Source: Thalia democratica
Taxonomy: Eukaryota
Assembly: GCA_965202585.1 (NCBI GenBank)
Contig: OZ241831.1
Location: 60,822,001 to 60,886,000, forward strand
DNA: 64,000 nucleotides
Direction: 5' to 3'
Shown: in pieces, positions 38,501 through 50,103 of the stretch
Layout: each line of letters begins with the position of its first letter
Numbering within the stretch: the stretch's first letter is position 1
Made by a program: the position numbers and the translations under genes
The notes under the pieces: model-generated
What the model was told of the DNA's origin: nothing
What the model saw: only the letters and a program-made list of their open reading frames with translations
The model's database searches: none

Positions 38501-40921
38501 CACAGCAGGCAAGTGAGTCCTCACATGAAACTTCACAGCAGGCAAGTTAGTCCGAACATGAAACTTCACAGCAGGCAAGTGAGTCCCCACATGAAACTCC
38601 ACAGTAGGCAAGTTAGTCCGCACATGAAACTCCACAGCAGGCAAGTTAGTCCGAACATGAAACTTCACAGCAGGCAAGTTAGTCCGCACATGAAACTTCA
38701 CAGCAGGCAAGTTAGTCCGCACATGAAACTTCACAGCAGGCAAGTTAGTCCGAACATGAAACTCCACAGCAGGCAACTTAGTCCGCACATGAAACTCCAC
38801 AGCAGGCAAGTGAGTCCGCACATGAAACTTCACAGCAGGCAAGTTAGTCCGCACATGAAACTCCACAGTAGGCAAGTTAGTCCTTACATGAAACTCCACA
38901 GTAGGCAAGTGAGTCCGCACATGAAACTTCACAGCAGGCAAGTGAGTCCGCACATGAAACTCCACAGCAGGCAAGTTAGTCCGCACATGAAACTTCACAG
39001 TAGGCAAGTTAGTCCAAACATGAAACTTCACAGCAGGCAAGTTAGTCCGCACATGAAACTTCACAGCAGGCAAGTGAGTCCGCACATGAAACTCCACAGC
39101 AGGCAAGTTAGTCCGAACATGAAACTTCACAGCAGGCAAGTTAGTCCGCACATGAAACTTCACAGCAGGCAAGTTAGTCCGCACATGAAACTCCACAGCA
39201 GGCAAGTTAGTCCGCACATGAAAATTCACAGCAGGCAAGTGAGTCCGCACATGAAACTCCACAGCAGGCAAGTTAGTCCGCACATGAAACTCCACAGCAG
39301 GCAAGTTAGTCCGCACATGAAGCTCCACAGCAGGCAAGTTAGTCCGCACATGAAACTTCACAGCAGGCAAGTTAGTCCGCACATGAAACTTCACAGCAGG
39401 CAAGTTAGTCCGAACATGAAACTTCACAGCAGGCAAGTTAGTCCGCACATGAAACTTCACAGCAGGCAAGTGAGTCCGCACATGAAACTTCACAGTAGGC
39501 AAGTGAGTCCGCACATGAAACTCCACAGCAGGCAAGTGAGTCCTCACATGAAACTCCACAGCAGGCAAGTTAGCCCGCACATGAAACTTCACAGCAGGCA
39601 AGTTAGTCCGCACATGAAACTTCACAGCAGGCAAGTTAGTCCGCACATGAAACTCCACAGCAGGCAAGTTAGTCCTCACATGAAACTTCACAGCAGGCAA
39701 GTTAGTCCGCACATGAAGCTTCACAGCAGGCAAGTTAGTCCGCACATGAAACTCCACAGCAGGCAAGTTAGTCCACACATGAAACTCCACAGCAGGCAAG
39801 TGAGTCCGCACATGAAACTTCACAGCAGGCAAGTTAGTCCGCACATGAAACTCCACAGCAGGCAAGTGAATCCTCACATGAAGCTCCACAGCAGGCAAGT
39901 TAGTCCCCACATGAAACTTCACAGCAGGCAAGTTAGTCCGCACATGAAACTCCACAGTAGGCAAGTGAGTCCTCACATGAAGCTTCACAGTAGGCAAGTT
40001 AGTCCTTACATGAAACTCCACAGCAGGCAAGTTAGTCCTCACATGAAACTCCACAGTAGGCAAGTGAGTCCGCACATGAAACTTCACAGCAGGCAAGTTA
40101 GTCCGCACATGAAACTTCACAGCAGGCAAGTTAGTCCGCACATGAAACTTCACAACAGGCAAGTTAGTCCGCACATGAAACTTCACAGCAGGCAAGTGAG
40201 TCCCCACATGAAGCTCCACAGCAGGCAAGTTAGTCCGCACATGAAACTCCACAGCAGGCAAGTTAGTCCGAACATGAAACTTCACAGCAGGCAAGTTAGT
40301 CCGCACATGAAACTCCACAGTAGGCAAGTTAGTCCGCACATGAAACTCCACAGCAGGCAAGTTAGTCCGCACATGAAACTCCACAGCAGACAAGTTAGTC
40401 CGCACATGAAACTCCACAGTAGGCAAGTTAGTCCGCACATGAAACTCCACAGCAGGCAACTTAGTCCGCACATGAAACTCCACAGCAGGCAAGTGAGTCC
40501 GCACATGAAACTTCACAGCAGGCAAGTGAGTCCGCACATGAAACTCCACAGCAGGCAAGTTAGTCCGCACATGAAACTTCACAGTAGGCAAGTTAGTCCA
40601 AACATGAAACTTCACAGCAGGCAAGTTAGTCCGCACATGAAACTTCACAGCAGGCAAGTGAGTCCGCACATGAAACTCCACAGCAGGCAAGTTAGTCCGA
40701 ACATGAAACTTCACAGCAGGCAAGTTAGTCCGCACATGAAACTTCACAGCAGGCAAGTTAGTCCGCACATGAAACTCCACAGCAGGCAAGTTAGTCCGCA
40801 CATGAAAATTCACAGCAGGCAAGTTAGTCCGCACATGAAACTCCACAGCAGGCAAGTTAGTCCGCACATGAAACTCCACAGCAGGCAAGTTAGTCCGCAC
40901 ATGAAGCTTCACAGCAGGTAA
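35560..40921 (+). CDS. HEI10: HEI10/CCNB1IP1 paralogue A: intact RING exons, exon 3 deleted in frame, exon 4 with ~105 (MKLHSRQVSPH) repeats before the first stop (~1290 aa predicted)
   Basis: Exons 35560-35677, 36572-36768 and 37361-40921 have intact GT-AG sites and an open frame. Exon 3 (156 nt, phase 0-0) is missing between 36768 and ~36835. First stop is CAA to TAA at 40919. Expression is unknown. Confidence 0.65.
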
Positions 40922-42262
40922 GTGAGTCCGCACATGAAACTCCACAGCAGGCAAGTTAGTCCGCACATGAAACTCCACAGCAGGCAAGTTAGTCCGCACA
41001 TGAAGCTCCACAGCAGGCAAGTTAGTCCGCACATGAAACTTCACAGCAGGCAAGTTAGTCCGCACATGAAACTTCACAGCAGGCAAGTTAGTCCGCACAT
41101 GAAACTTCACAGCAGGCAAGTTAGTCCTCACATGAAACTTCACAGCAGGCAAGTTAGTCCGCACATGAAACTTCACAGCAGGCAAGTTAGTCCGCACATG
41201 AAACTCCACAGCAGGCAAGTTAGTCCGCACATGAAAATTCACAGTAGGCAAGTTAGTCCGTACATGAAACTCCACAACAGGCAAGTTAGTCCGCACATGA
41301 AACTCCACAGCAGGCAAGTGAGTCCCCACATGAAACTCCACAGCAGGCAAGTTAGTCCGCACATGAAACTCCACAGCAGGCAAGTGAGTCCACACATGAA
41401 ACTCCACAGCAGGCAAGTTAGTCCGCACATGAAGCTTCACAGCAGGCAAGTGAGTCCGCACATGAAACTCCACAGCAGGCAAGTTAGTCCGCACATGAAA
41501 CTTCACAGCAGGCAAGTTAGTCCGCACATGAAACTTCACAGCAGGCAAGTTAGTCCGCACATGAAACTTCACAGCAGGCAAGTTAGTCCGCACATAAAAC
41601 TCCACAGCAGGCAAGTGAGTCCCCACATGAAACTCCACAGCAGGCAAGTTAGTCCGCACATGAAACTCCACAGCAGGCAAGTGAGTCCACACATGAAACT
41701 TTACAGCAGGCAAGTTAGTCCGCACATGAAACTTCACAGCAGGCAAGTTAGTCCGCACATGAAACTCCACAGCAGGCAAGTTAGTCCGCACATGAAACTT
41801 CACAGCAGGCAAGTTAGTCCGCACATGAAACTTCACAGCAGGCAAGTGAGTCCGCACATGAAACTTCACAGCAGGCAAGTTAGTCCGCACATGAAACTTC
41901 ACAGCAGGCAAGTTAGTCCGCACATGAAACTCCACAGCAGGCAAGTTAGTCCGCACATGAAACTTCACAGCAGGCAAGTTAGTCCGCACATGAAACTTCA
42001 CAGCAGGCAAGTGAGTCCTCACATGAAACTCCACAGTAGGCAAGTTAGTCCGCACATGAAACTTCACAGCAGGCAAGTTAGTCCGCACATGAAACTCCAC
42101 AGCAGGCAAGTTAGTCCGCACATGAAACTTCACAGCAGGCAAGTAAGTCCGCACATGAAACTTCACAGTAGGCAAGTGAGTCCTCACATGAAACTCCACA
42201 GCAGGCAAGTGAGTCCGCACATGAAACTCCACAGCAGGCAAGTTAGTCCGCACATGAAACTT
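37439..42262 (+). repeat. Coding minisatellite array A, 33-bp unit, ~146 units
   Basis: Unit ATG AAA CTY CAC AGY AGG CAA GTK AGT CCN CAC, derived from the single unit in exon 4 of the left-arm gene (~8843-8875). Confidence 0.98.
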
Positions 42263-43469
42263 TTTATTTTAAATATAATTTTTACAATCAAACAGTACAA
42301 CAGCACAAGTGTCCAGTGTGAGGCTACGTAATGAAGGGGGAGGAATACGAGTTTTTCAGGGTCAACCTCAACCCAAGTGAAGGGTACAAGACCATGTTGT
42401 TGGTGGGCCACAAACCAGATGTTATCATGGACATTTGTACCAGGGCCATGAACTTTTGGATATTCCAGACCACCCAAGACTCCCTGTATAAGGTTTGTTG
42501 TTAAAATTACACTTTCAATACAACATGTTAGTTTTAGTATTTTGAATAAGTATAAAATTTATTTGAATGAACCTAGTTTTAAAACTTGTATTTTATTTGT
42601 TGTTTTATTTAATTTTTTTATTTATTTATGTGATTATTCATAAAATTAAAAAAATTTTAAATGAGTTATTAGTTTCAATAATTTACAAAATGAAGTTTTA
42701 GCTAATTAGTCTCATATATGTGATTTTAAATATTATAAAGATTAATTGGTATTTCATATTTTTTATAACCATTATAAATTTTTTACTGTTGACTAATTTT
42801 TATAATAGGTTATGCTGTAGAGGTACATAATATTATACATTCATAATATTAAATTTAATTTCAATAAATTTAAAAAGTCTCTTGAATTAAATGTCTTGCA
42901 CAATTTACATTTTTTTAGGACCACATCATAGAAAGTTACAAGGAAAAAATAGATCAAATAGAAAAGAAGTACGCTCACGCTTTTACAAGCTTGAAAGATG
43001 AAAATATTTCTTTGTCACAAAAACTCACTGATCAATCGAAAGAACTCAAGTCTGTTAAAACTAGTGATGTACCGGACTCACTATCCGGGTCCGGGTCCGG
43101 CCGGATTCTAATTTGAAAAAAAAGTCTGGATCCGGTTCCGGCTGGATTTTAATTTGAAAAAAAAGTCCGGATCCGGTTCCGGCCGGATTCTAATTTGAAA
43201 AAAAAGTCCGGATCCGGGTCCGGCCGGATCCTAACAGAGATCCGGCCGGACCCGGATCTAGTTAGTAAAAAAGAGCATATTGAAAAGTATTTTTCCAAAA
43301 ACAAACCATGTGTAAATTAATAAGAGTCATTTTCGTCAGCTAAAATGAAACATCTACCGTGATTGGCTCATTTTGTACATGTGACTAATTTACATTTGTT
43401 TACATTTAAACTATGAAATAAACATTTCAGAAATGCAACTCATTACATATGTTGTTAAATTGAAAACTT

Positions 43470-43985
43470 TGGAATAAATACTTGCATTATTTATTGTTTA
43501 AAGTTGAGCTTAAAGAATATTTAGAGTTAATACGGTTGAATTTAAGAGCCGATGAGAATCATATGACAAAATGTTTCAAACTAAATACTGATGCAACAAA
43601 ACATCAGAACATGACAGGCAGTTTATATGTAAGCAGTTAGTTAATTTGGTGTGCAGCTTGAAGCAACAAAATATCTTGAACTTTTTTGTGAATGTTTATT
43701 GTAAGTAGTGTTTTGTTTTAAAAGTGAATATTTCAACTGGTGTTTAATTGTTTAAATATTTAAGCCAGGTTTATAGTTTAATAGTTTATTAAAAATTTAA
43801 CAGTTTCTTGTTTACTAAAAGTTTTATTTAATTTTTAGTTTATTGTTTTAAGTCTTTTGATATAGATTTAAATAGCTTCCAGTTTTTAAAGTGTTACCAA
43901 AGTAATTAATAGTTTTGTATATGCTAGTATTTCTTGTTGTGTTTTATATAAAAGATTCATCACTCAAAACTGTCGTGTCTGATTA
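43470..43985 (+). mobile_element. Diverged partial LTR related to the Gypsy LTRs at 51908 and 57957
   Basis: Collinear with the first ~500 bp of the LTR (ATGAGAATCA, TGTTTCAAACTAA, TTGGTGTGCAGC, AATATTTAAGCCAGGTTTATAGTT, TTTACTAAAAGTTTTATTTAATTTTTAGTTTATTGTTT); roughly 75-80% identity by eye. Confidence 0.85.
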
Positions 43986-44538
43986 TAGAAAGTAATCTCA
44001 GTTAGAATTTAGAATTTGTTAGATATTAATTAAATAAGGTAGGATTTAACTATGATGGGTAGTACTAATAGGTTAAGTGTACCACAATCAGTACACAACT
44101 TTACTACCAAATTGTCAACCCTTGCTAGCTGTTCTACTGATTACAAGATTAAAGTAGTTTTTTCAGTTTTTAATAACCTCATTCTGACTCAGGCTTGTTT
44201 ATATTCACTCTAGCTAGTTTTATTGACTTAAACAGAGGCAACCCTGCTAGTTTGAAAATTTTTGGGAATTTTAGAAATCTTGGACTGCCTCAGGCTAGTT
44301 TAGTTTTTTATAAAAACTCAGGCTAATTTTCTTTTAGATTTTGAATGAGTTTGAGCTGATCCAGTTTTCAATAGTTTGTAGTTTTCTAGTGTATTTTGTT
44401 CAAGAACTTGATTTCAGATTTTTAATTGTAAATAACACCTAAATTTGTAAACCTTGTGGCTAGCTGTTCTAATTATTATTAGATTAAAGTTTTTTTTTTA
44501 GTTTTAAAAATCTCATTCTGACTCAGGCTAGTTTATAC

Positions 44539-44729
44539 TAGTGATGTATTGGACTCACTATCCGGGTCCGGGTCCGGCCGGATATTGCCATTTTGTCTGA
44601 TATCCGGATCTGGCCGGATTTTAATTTGAAAAAAAAGTCCGGATCCGGTTCCGGCCGGATTCTAATTTGAAAAAAAAGTCCGGATCCGGGTCCGGCCGGA
44701 CCCGAAATTGTGGGTCCGGTACATCACTA
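44539..44729. mobile_element. Complete 191-bp MITE forming the right end of the composite element
   Basis: Has its own left TIR TAGTGATGTATTGGAC (2 mismatches), preceded by GTTTATAC, and shares the right TIR. Confidence 0.85.
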
Positions 44730-45435
44730 GTTAAAACTAGCCACAGTGAGGTTAGTGTTTAATAAAAATCAAACAAAATAACAATTTTAGTAGATAATGT
44801 TAAAAGGCATTAAAACTAAAATTATGATGAGAAATCACTTAATCATGTGTTAAATGTTTATGTTAAGTTTTTTGAATTTCAAAGTATCAATTTTATTAAC
44901 ATTTATTTTAATTTGAATTAAGTTTCAAATATGATTATATTTTAAATAATCGTAAAATAATTTATTGGTTAAAAAATCTAAAATATAAACAAAGTTTGTC
45001 TTATACATATAAATCATCCGTATATATGAAGTATTAATTGTTTTTAACACATCCAACTATAAGTATTAAAGAAAAAATAAACTAAATTAAGTCTCAAAAA
45101 AAATTTTTGGTCTACACAATTCAAAGAATTTTTTTAAGGTTGAAAACTACTGTTATATATTATTTAAAAAAGCTTAATTGACAACAATTCCCACCAAACA
45201 GTTACTGACAAAAGGTGAGTGAAAATAAAATTGTTTTCACTTATTTCAATTACACAATAATATTTTTATAATAATTACTTTTATGTATGATACATACGTT
45301 TCATAGCCTGTTTATTTTCGTTTTTTGTATATGATATTTAACTGTTTCGTTCATGCAGTTACTGGCATCAGTGGGTGAGAAGAACAGGGAACTTCAAAAA
45401 CTTAAGATGAACTTCAAAAGCTGAAGATGAGGAAC

Positions 45436-48400
45436 AAACTCCACAGCAGGCAAGTGAGTCCGCACATGAAACTCCACAGCAGGCAAGTTAGTCCGCACAT
45501 GAAACTTCACAGCAGGCAAGTTAGTCCGCACATGAAACTCCACAGCAGGCAAGTTAGTCCGCACATGAAACTCCACAGCAGGCAAGTTAGTCCGCACATG
45601 AAACTCCACAGTAGGCAAGTTAGTCCGCACATGAAACTCCACAGTAGGCAAGTTAGTCCGCACATGAAACTTCACAGCAGGCAAGTGAGTCCGCACATGA
45701 AACTCCACAGCAGGCAAGTGAGTCCGCACATGAAACTCCACAGCAGGCAAGTTAGTCCACACATGAAACTTCACAGCAGGCAAGTTAGTCCGCACATGAA
45801 ACTCCACAGCAGGCAAGTTAGTCCACACATGAAACTTCACAGCAGGCAAGTTAGTCCGCACATGAAACTCCACAGCAGGCAAGTTAGTCCGCACATGAAG
45901 CTCCACAGCAGGCAAGTTAGTCCGCACATGAAACTCCACAGCAGGCAAGTTAGTCCGCACATGAAACTCCACAGCAGGCAAGTTAGTCCGCACATGAAAC
46001 TTCACAGCAGGCAAGTTAGTCCGCACATGAAACTCCACAGCAGGCAAGTTAGTCCGCACATGAAACTTCACAGCAGGCAAGTTAGTCCGCACATTAAACT
46101 TCACAGCAGGCAAGTGAGTCCACACATGAAACTTCACAGCAGGCAAGTTAGTCCGCACATGAAGCTTCACATCAGGCAAGTTAGTCCGCACATGAAACTC
46201 CACAGCAGGCAAGTGAGTCCCCACATGAAACTCCACAGCAGGCAAGTTAGTCCGCACATGAAACTCCACAGCAGGCAAGTTAGTCCGCACATGAAACTTC
46301 ACAGCAGGCAAGTGAGTCCTCACATGAAACTCCACAGCAGGCAAGTTAGTCCGCTCATGAAACTCCACAGTAGGCAAGTTAGTCCGCACATGAAGCTTCA
46401 CAGCAGGCAAGTTAGTACGCACATGAAACTTCACAGCAGGCAAGTGAGTCCGCACATGAAACTCCACAGCAGGCAAGTTAGTCCAAACATGAAACTTCAC
46501 AGCAGGCAAGTGAGCCCTCACATGAAACTCCACAGCAGGCAAGTTAGTCCGCACATGAAACTTCACAGCAGGCAAGTTAGTCCTCACATGAAACTCCACA
46601 GCAGGCAAGTGAGTCCGCACATGAAACTCCACAGCAGGCAAGTGAGTCCACACATGAAACTTCACAGCAGGCAAGTTAGTCCACACATGAAACTCCACAG
46701 CAGGCAAGTTAGTCCACACATGAAACTTCACAGTAGGCAAGTTAGTCCTCACATGAAACTCCACAGCAGGCAAGTTAGTCCGCACATGAAACTCCACAGC
46801 AGGCAAGTGAGTCAGCACATGAAACTCCACAGTAGGCAAGTGAGTCCGCACATGAAACTTCACAGTAGGCAAGTTAGTCCGCACATGAAACTCCACAGCA
46901 GGCAAGTGAGTCCGCACATGAAACTCCACAGCAGGCAAGTGAGTCCGCACATGAAACTCCACAGTAGGCAAGTGAGTCCGCACATGAAACTCCACAGTAG
47001 GCAAGTGAGTCCGCATATGAAACTTCACAGCAGGCAAGTTAGTCCGCACATGAAACTTCACAGTAGGCAAGTTAGTCCTCACATGAAACTTCACAGCAGG
47101 CAAGTTAGTCCTCACATGAAACTCCACAGCAGGCAAGTTAGTCCACACATGAAACTTCACAGCAGGCAAGTTAGTCCTCACATGAAACTCCACAGCAGGC
47201 AAGTTAGTCCGCACATGAAACTCCACAGCAGGCAAGTTAGTCCTCACATGAAACTTCACAGCAGGCAAGTTAGTCCTCACATGAAACTCCACAGCAGGCA
47301 AGTTAGTCCGCACATGAAACTCCACAGCAGGCAAGTGAGTCCGCACATGAAACTTCACAGCAGGCAAGTGAGTCCGCACATGAAACTCCACAGCAGGCAA
47401 GTTAGTCCTCACATGAAACTTCACAGCAGGCAAGTTAGTCCTCACATGAAACTCCACAGCAGGCAAGTTAGTCCACACATGAAACTTCACAGCAGGCAAG
47501 TTAGTCCTCACATGAAACTCCACAGCAGGCAAGTTAGTCCGCACATGAAACTCCACAGCAGGCAAGTTAGTCCTCACATGAAACTCCACAGCAGGCAAGT
47601 TAGTCCGCACATGAAACTCCACAGCAGGCAAGTGAGTCCGCACATGAAACTTCACAGTAGGCAAGTTAGTCCTCACATGAAACTTCACAGCAGGCAAGTT
47701 AGTCCTCACATGAAACTCCACAGCAGGCAAGTTAGTCCACACATGAAACTTCACAGCAGGCAAGTTAGTCCTCACATGAAACTCCACAGCAGGCAAGTTA
47801 GTCCGCACATGAAACTCCACAGCAGGCAAGTTAGTCCTCACATGAAACTTCACAGCAGGCAAGTTAGTCCGCACATGAAACTCCACAGTAGGCAAGTTAG
47901 TCCGCACATGAAACTCCACAGCAGGCAAGTGAGTCCGCACATGAAACTCCACAGCAGGCAAGTTAGTCCACACATGAAACTTCACAGCAGGCAAGTTAGT
48001 CCGCACATGAAACTCCACAGCAGGCAAGTGAGTCCGCACATGAAACTTCACAGCAGGCAAGTTAGTCCGCACATGAAACTTCACAGCAGGCAAGTTAGTC
48101 CGCACATTAAACTTCACAGCAGGCAAGTTAGTCCGCACATGAAACTCCACAGCAGGCAAGTTAGTCCCCACATGAAACTTCACAGCAGGCAAGTTAGTCC
48201 GCACATGAAACTTCACAGCAGGCAAGTTAGTCCGCACATTAAACTTCACAGCAGGCAAGTTAGTCCGCACATGAAACTCCACAGCAGGCAAGTTAGTCCC
48301 CACATGAAACTTCACAGCAGGCAAGTTAGTCCACACATGAAACTTCACAGCAGGCAAGTGAGTCCTCACATGAAACTCCACAGCAGGCAAGTTAGTCCTC

Positions 48401-50103
48401 ACATGAAACTTCACAGCAGGCAAGTTAGTCCGCACATGAAACTCCACAGTAGGCAAGTTAGTCCGCACATGAAACTCCACAGCAGGCAAGTTAGTCTTCA
48501 CATGAAACTTCACAGTAGGCAAGTTAGTCCGCACATGAAACTTCACAGTAGGCAAGTTAGTCCGCACATGAAACTTCACAGCAGGCAAGTTAGTCCGCAC
48601 ATGAAACTTCACAGTAGGCAAGTTAGTCCGCACATGAAACTTCACAGTAGGCAAGTTAGTCCGCACATGAAACTTCACAGCAGGCAAGTTAGTCCGCACA
48701 TGAAACTTCACAGTAGGCAAGTTAGTCCGCACATGAAACTTCACAGCAGGCAAGTGAGTCCTCACATGAAACTTCACAGCAGGCAAGTGAGTCCGCACAT
48801 GAAACTCCACAGCAGGCAAGTTAGTCCGCACATGAAACTTCACAGTAGGCAAGTGAGTCAGCACATGAAACTCCACAGTAGGCAAGTTAGTCCGCACATG
48901 AAACTCCACAGCAGGCAAGTTAGTCCGCACATGAAACTTCACAGCAGGCAAGTTAGTCCTCACATGAAACTCCACAGTAGGCAAGTTAGTCCACATATGA
49001 AACTCCACAGTAGGCAAGTGAGTCCACACATGAAACTTCACAGCAGGCAAGTTAGTCCACACATGAAACTTCACAGCAGGCAAGTTAGTCTTCACATGAA
49101 ACTTCACAGCAGGCAAGTTAGTCCGCACATGAAACTCCACAGCAGGCAAGTTAGTCCGCACATGAAACTCCACAGCAGGCAAGTTAGTCCACACATGAAA
49201 CTTCACAGCAGGCAAGTGAGTCCGCACATGAAACTCCACAGCAGGCAAGTTAGTCCGCTTATGAAACTCCACAGCAGGCAAGTTAGTCCGCACATGAAAC
49301 TTCACAGCAGGCAAGTGAGTCCGCACATGAAACTCCACAGCAGGTAAGTTAGTCCGCACATGAAACTTCACAGTAGGCAAGTTAGTCCTCACATGAAACT
49401 CCACAGTAGGCAAGTTAGTCCCCACATGAAGCTTCACATCAGGCAAGTTAGTCCGCACATGAAACTCCACAGTAGGCAAGTTAGTCCGCACATGAAGCTT
49501 CACAGCAGGTAAGTTAGTCCGCACATGAAACTTCACAGTAGGCAAGTTAGTCCTCACATGAAACTCCACAGTAGGCAAGTTAGTCCCCACATGAAGCTTC
49601 ACATCAGGCAAGTTAGTCCGCACATGAAACTCCACAGTAGGCAAGTTAGTCCGCACATGAAGCTTCACATCAGGCAAGTTAGTCCGCACATGAAACTCCA
49701 CAGCAGGCAAGTGAGTCCCCACATGAAACTCCACAGCAGGCAAGTTAGTTCGCACATGAAACTCCACAGCAGGCAAGTTAGTCCGCACATGAAACTTCAC
49801 AGCAGGCAAGTGAGTCCGCACATGAAACTCCACAGCATGCAAGTGAGTCCGCACATGAAACTTCACAGCAGGCAAGTTAGTCCGCACATGAAACTCCACA
49901 GCAGGCAAGTGAGTCCGCACATGAAACTTCACAGCAGGCAAGTTAGTCCGCACATGAAACTTCACAGCAGGCAAGTTAGTCCGCACATGAAACTCCACAG
50001 TAGGCAAGTTAGTCCCCACATGAAACTCCACATCAGGCAAGTTAGTCCGCACATGAAACTCCACAGCAGGCAAGTTAGTCCGCACATGAAACTCCACAGT
50101 AGG
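45436..50103 (+). repeat. Coding minisatellite array B, 33-bp unit, ~141 units
   Basis: Same unit as array A. Stops at 49345 and 49510 (CAA to TAA). Ends by rejoining the ancestral exon-4 tail (PPHISKLHSRTPSITNHFKNRRF). Confidence 0.98.

Larger units (their letters stand above)
43062..44729. mobile_element. Composite non-autonomous hAT element inserted in HEI10 exon 3
   Basis: TIR TAGTGATGTACCGGAC and GTCCGGTACATCACTA; 8-bp TSD GTTAAAAC (43054-43061, 44730-44737), single in the left-arm exon 3; ~39-bp subterminal repeats rich in CCGG. Confidence 0.92.

Noticed and set aside
37370-42253. 1627-aa minus-strand ORF (VRTNLPAVKFH)n and short MCGLTCLLWSF ORFs
   Set aside because: Antisense shadows of a stop-free 33-bp repeat. 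The frequent variants are non-synonymous in these frames and synonymous in the HEI10 frame.
37439-50103. CRISPR-like array
   Set aside because: Units are head-to-tail with no unique spacers, there are no cas genes, and the context is eukaryotic.
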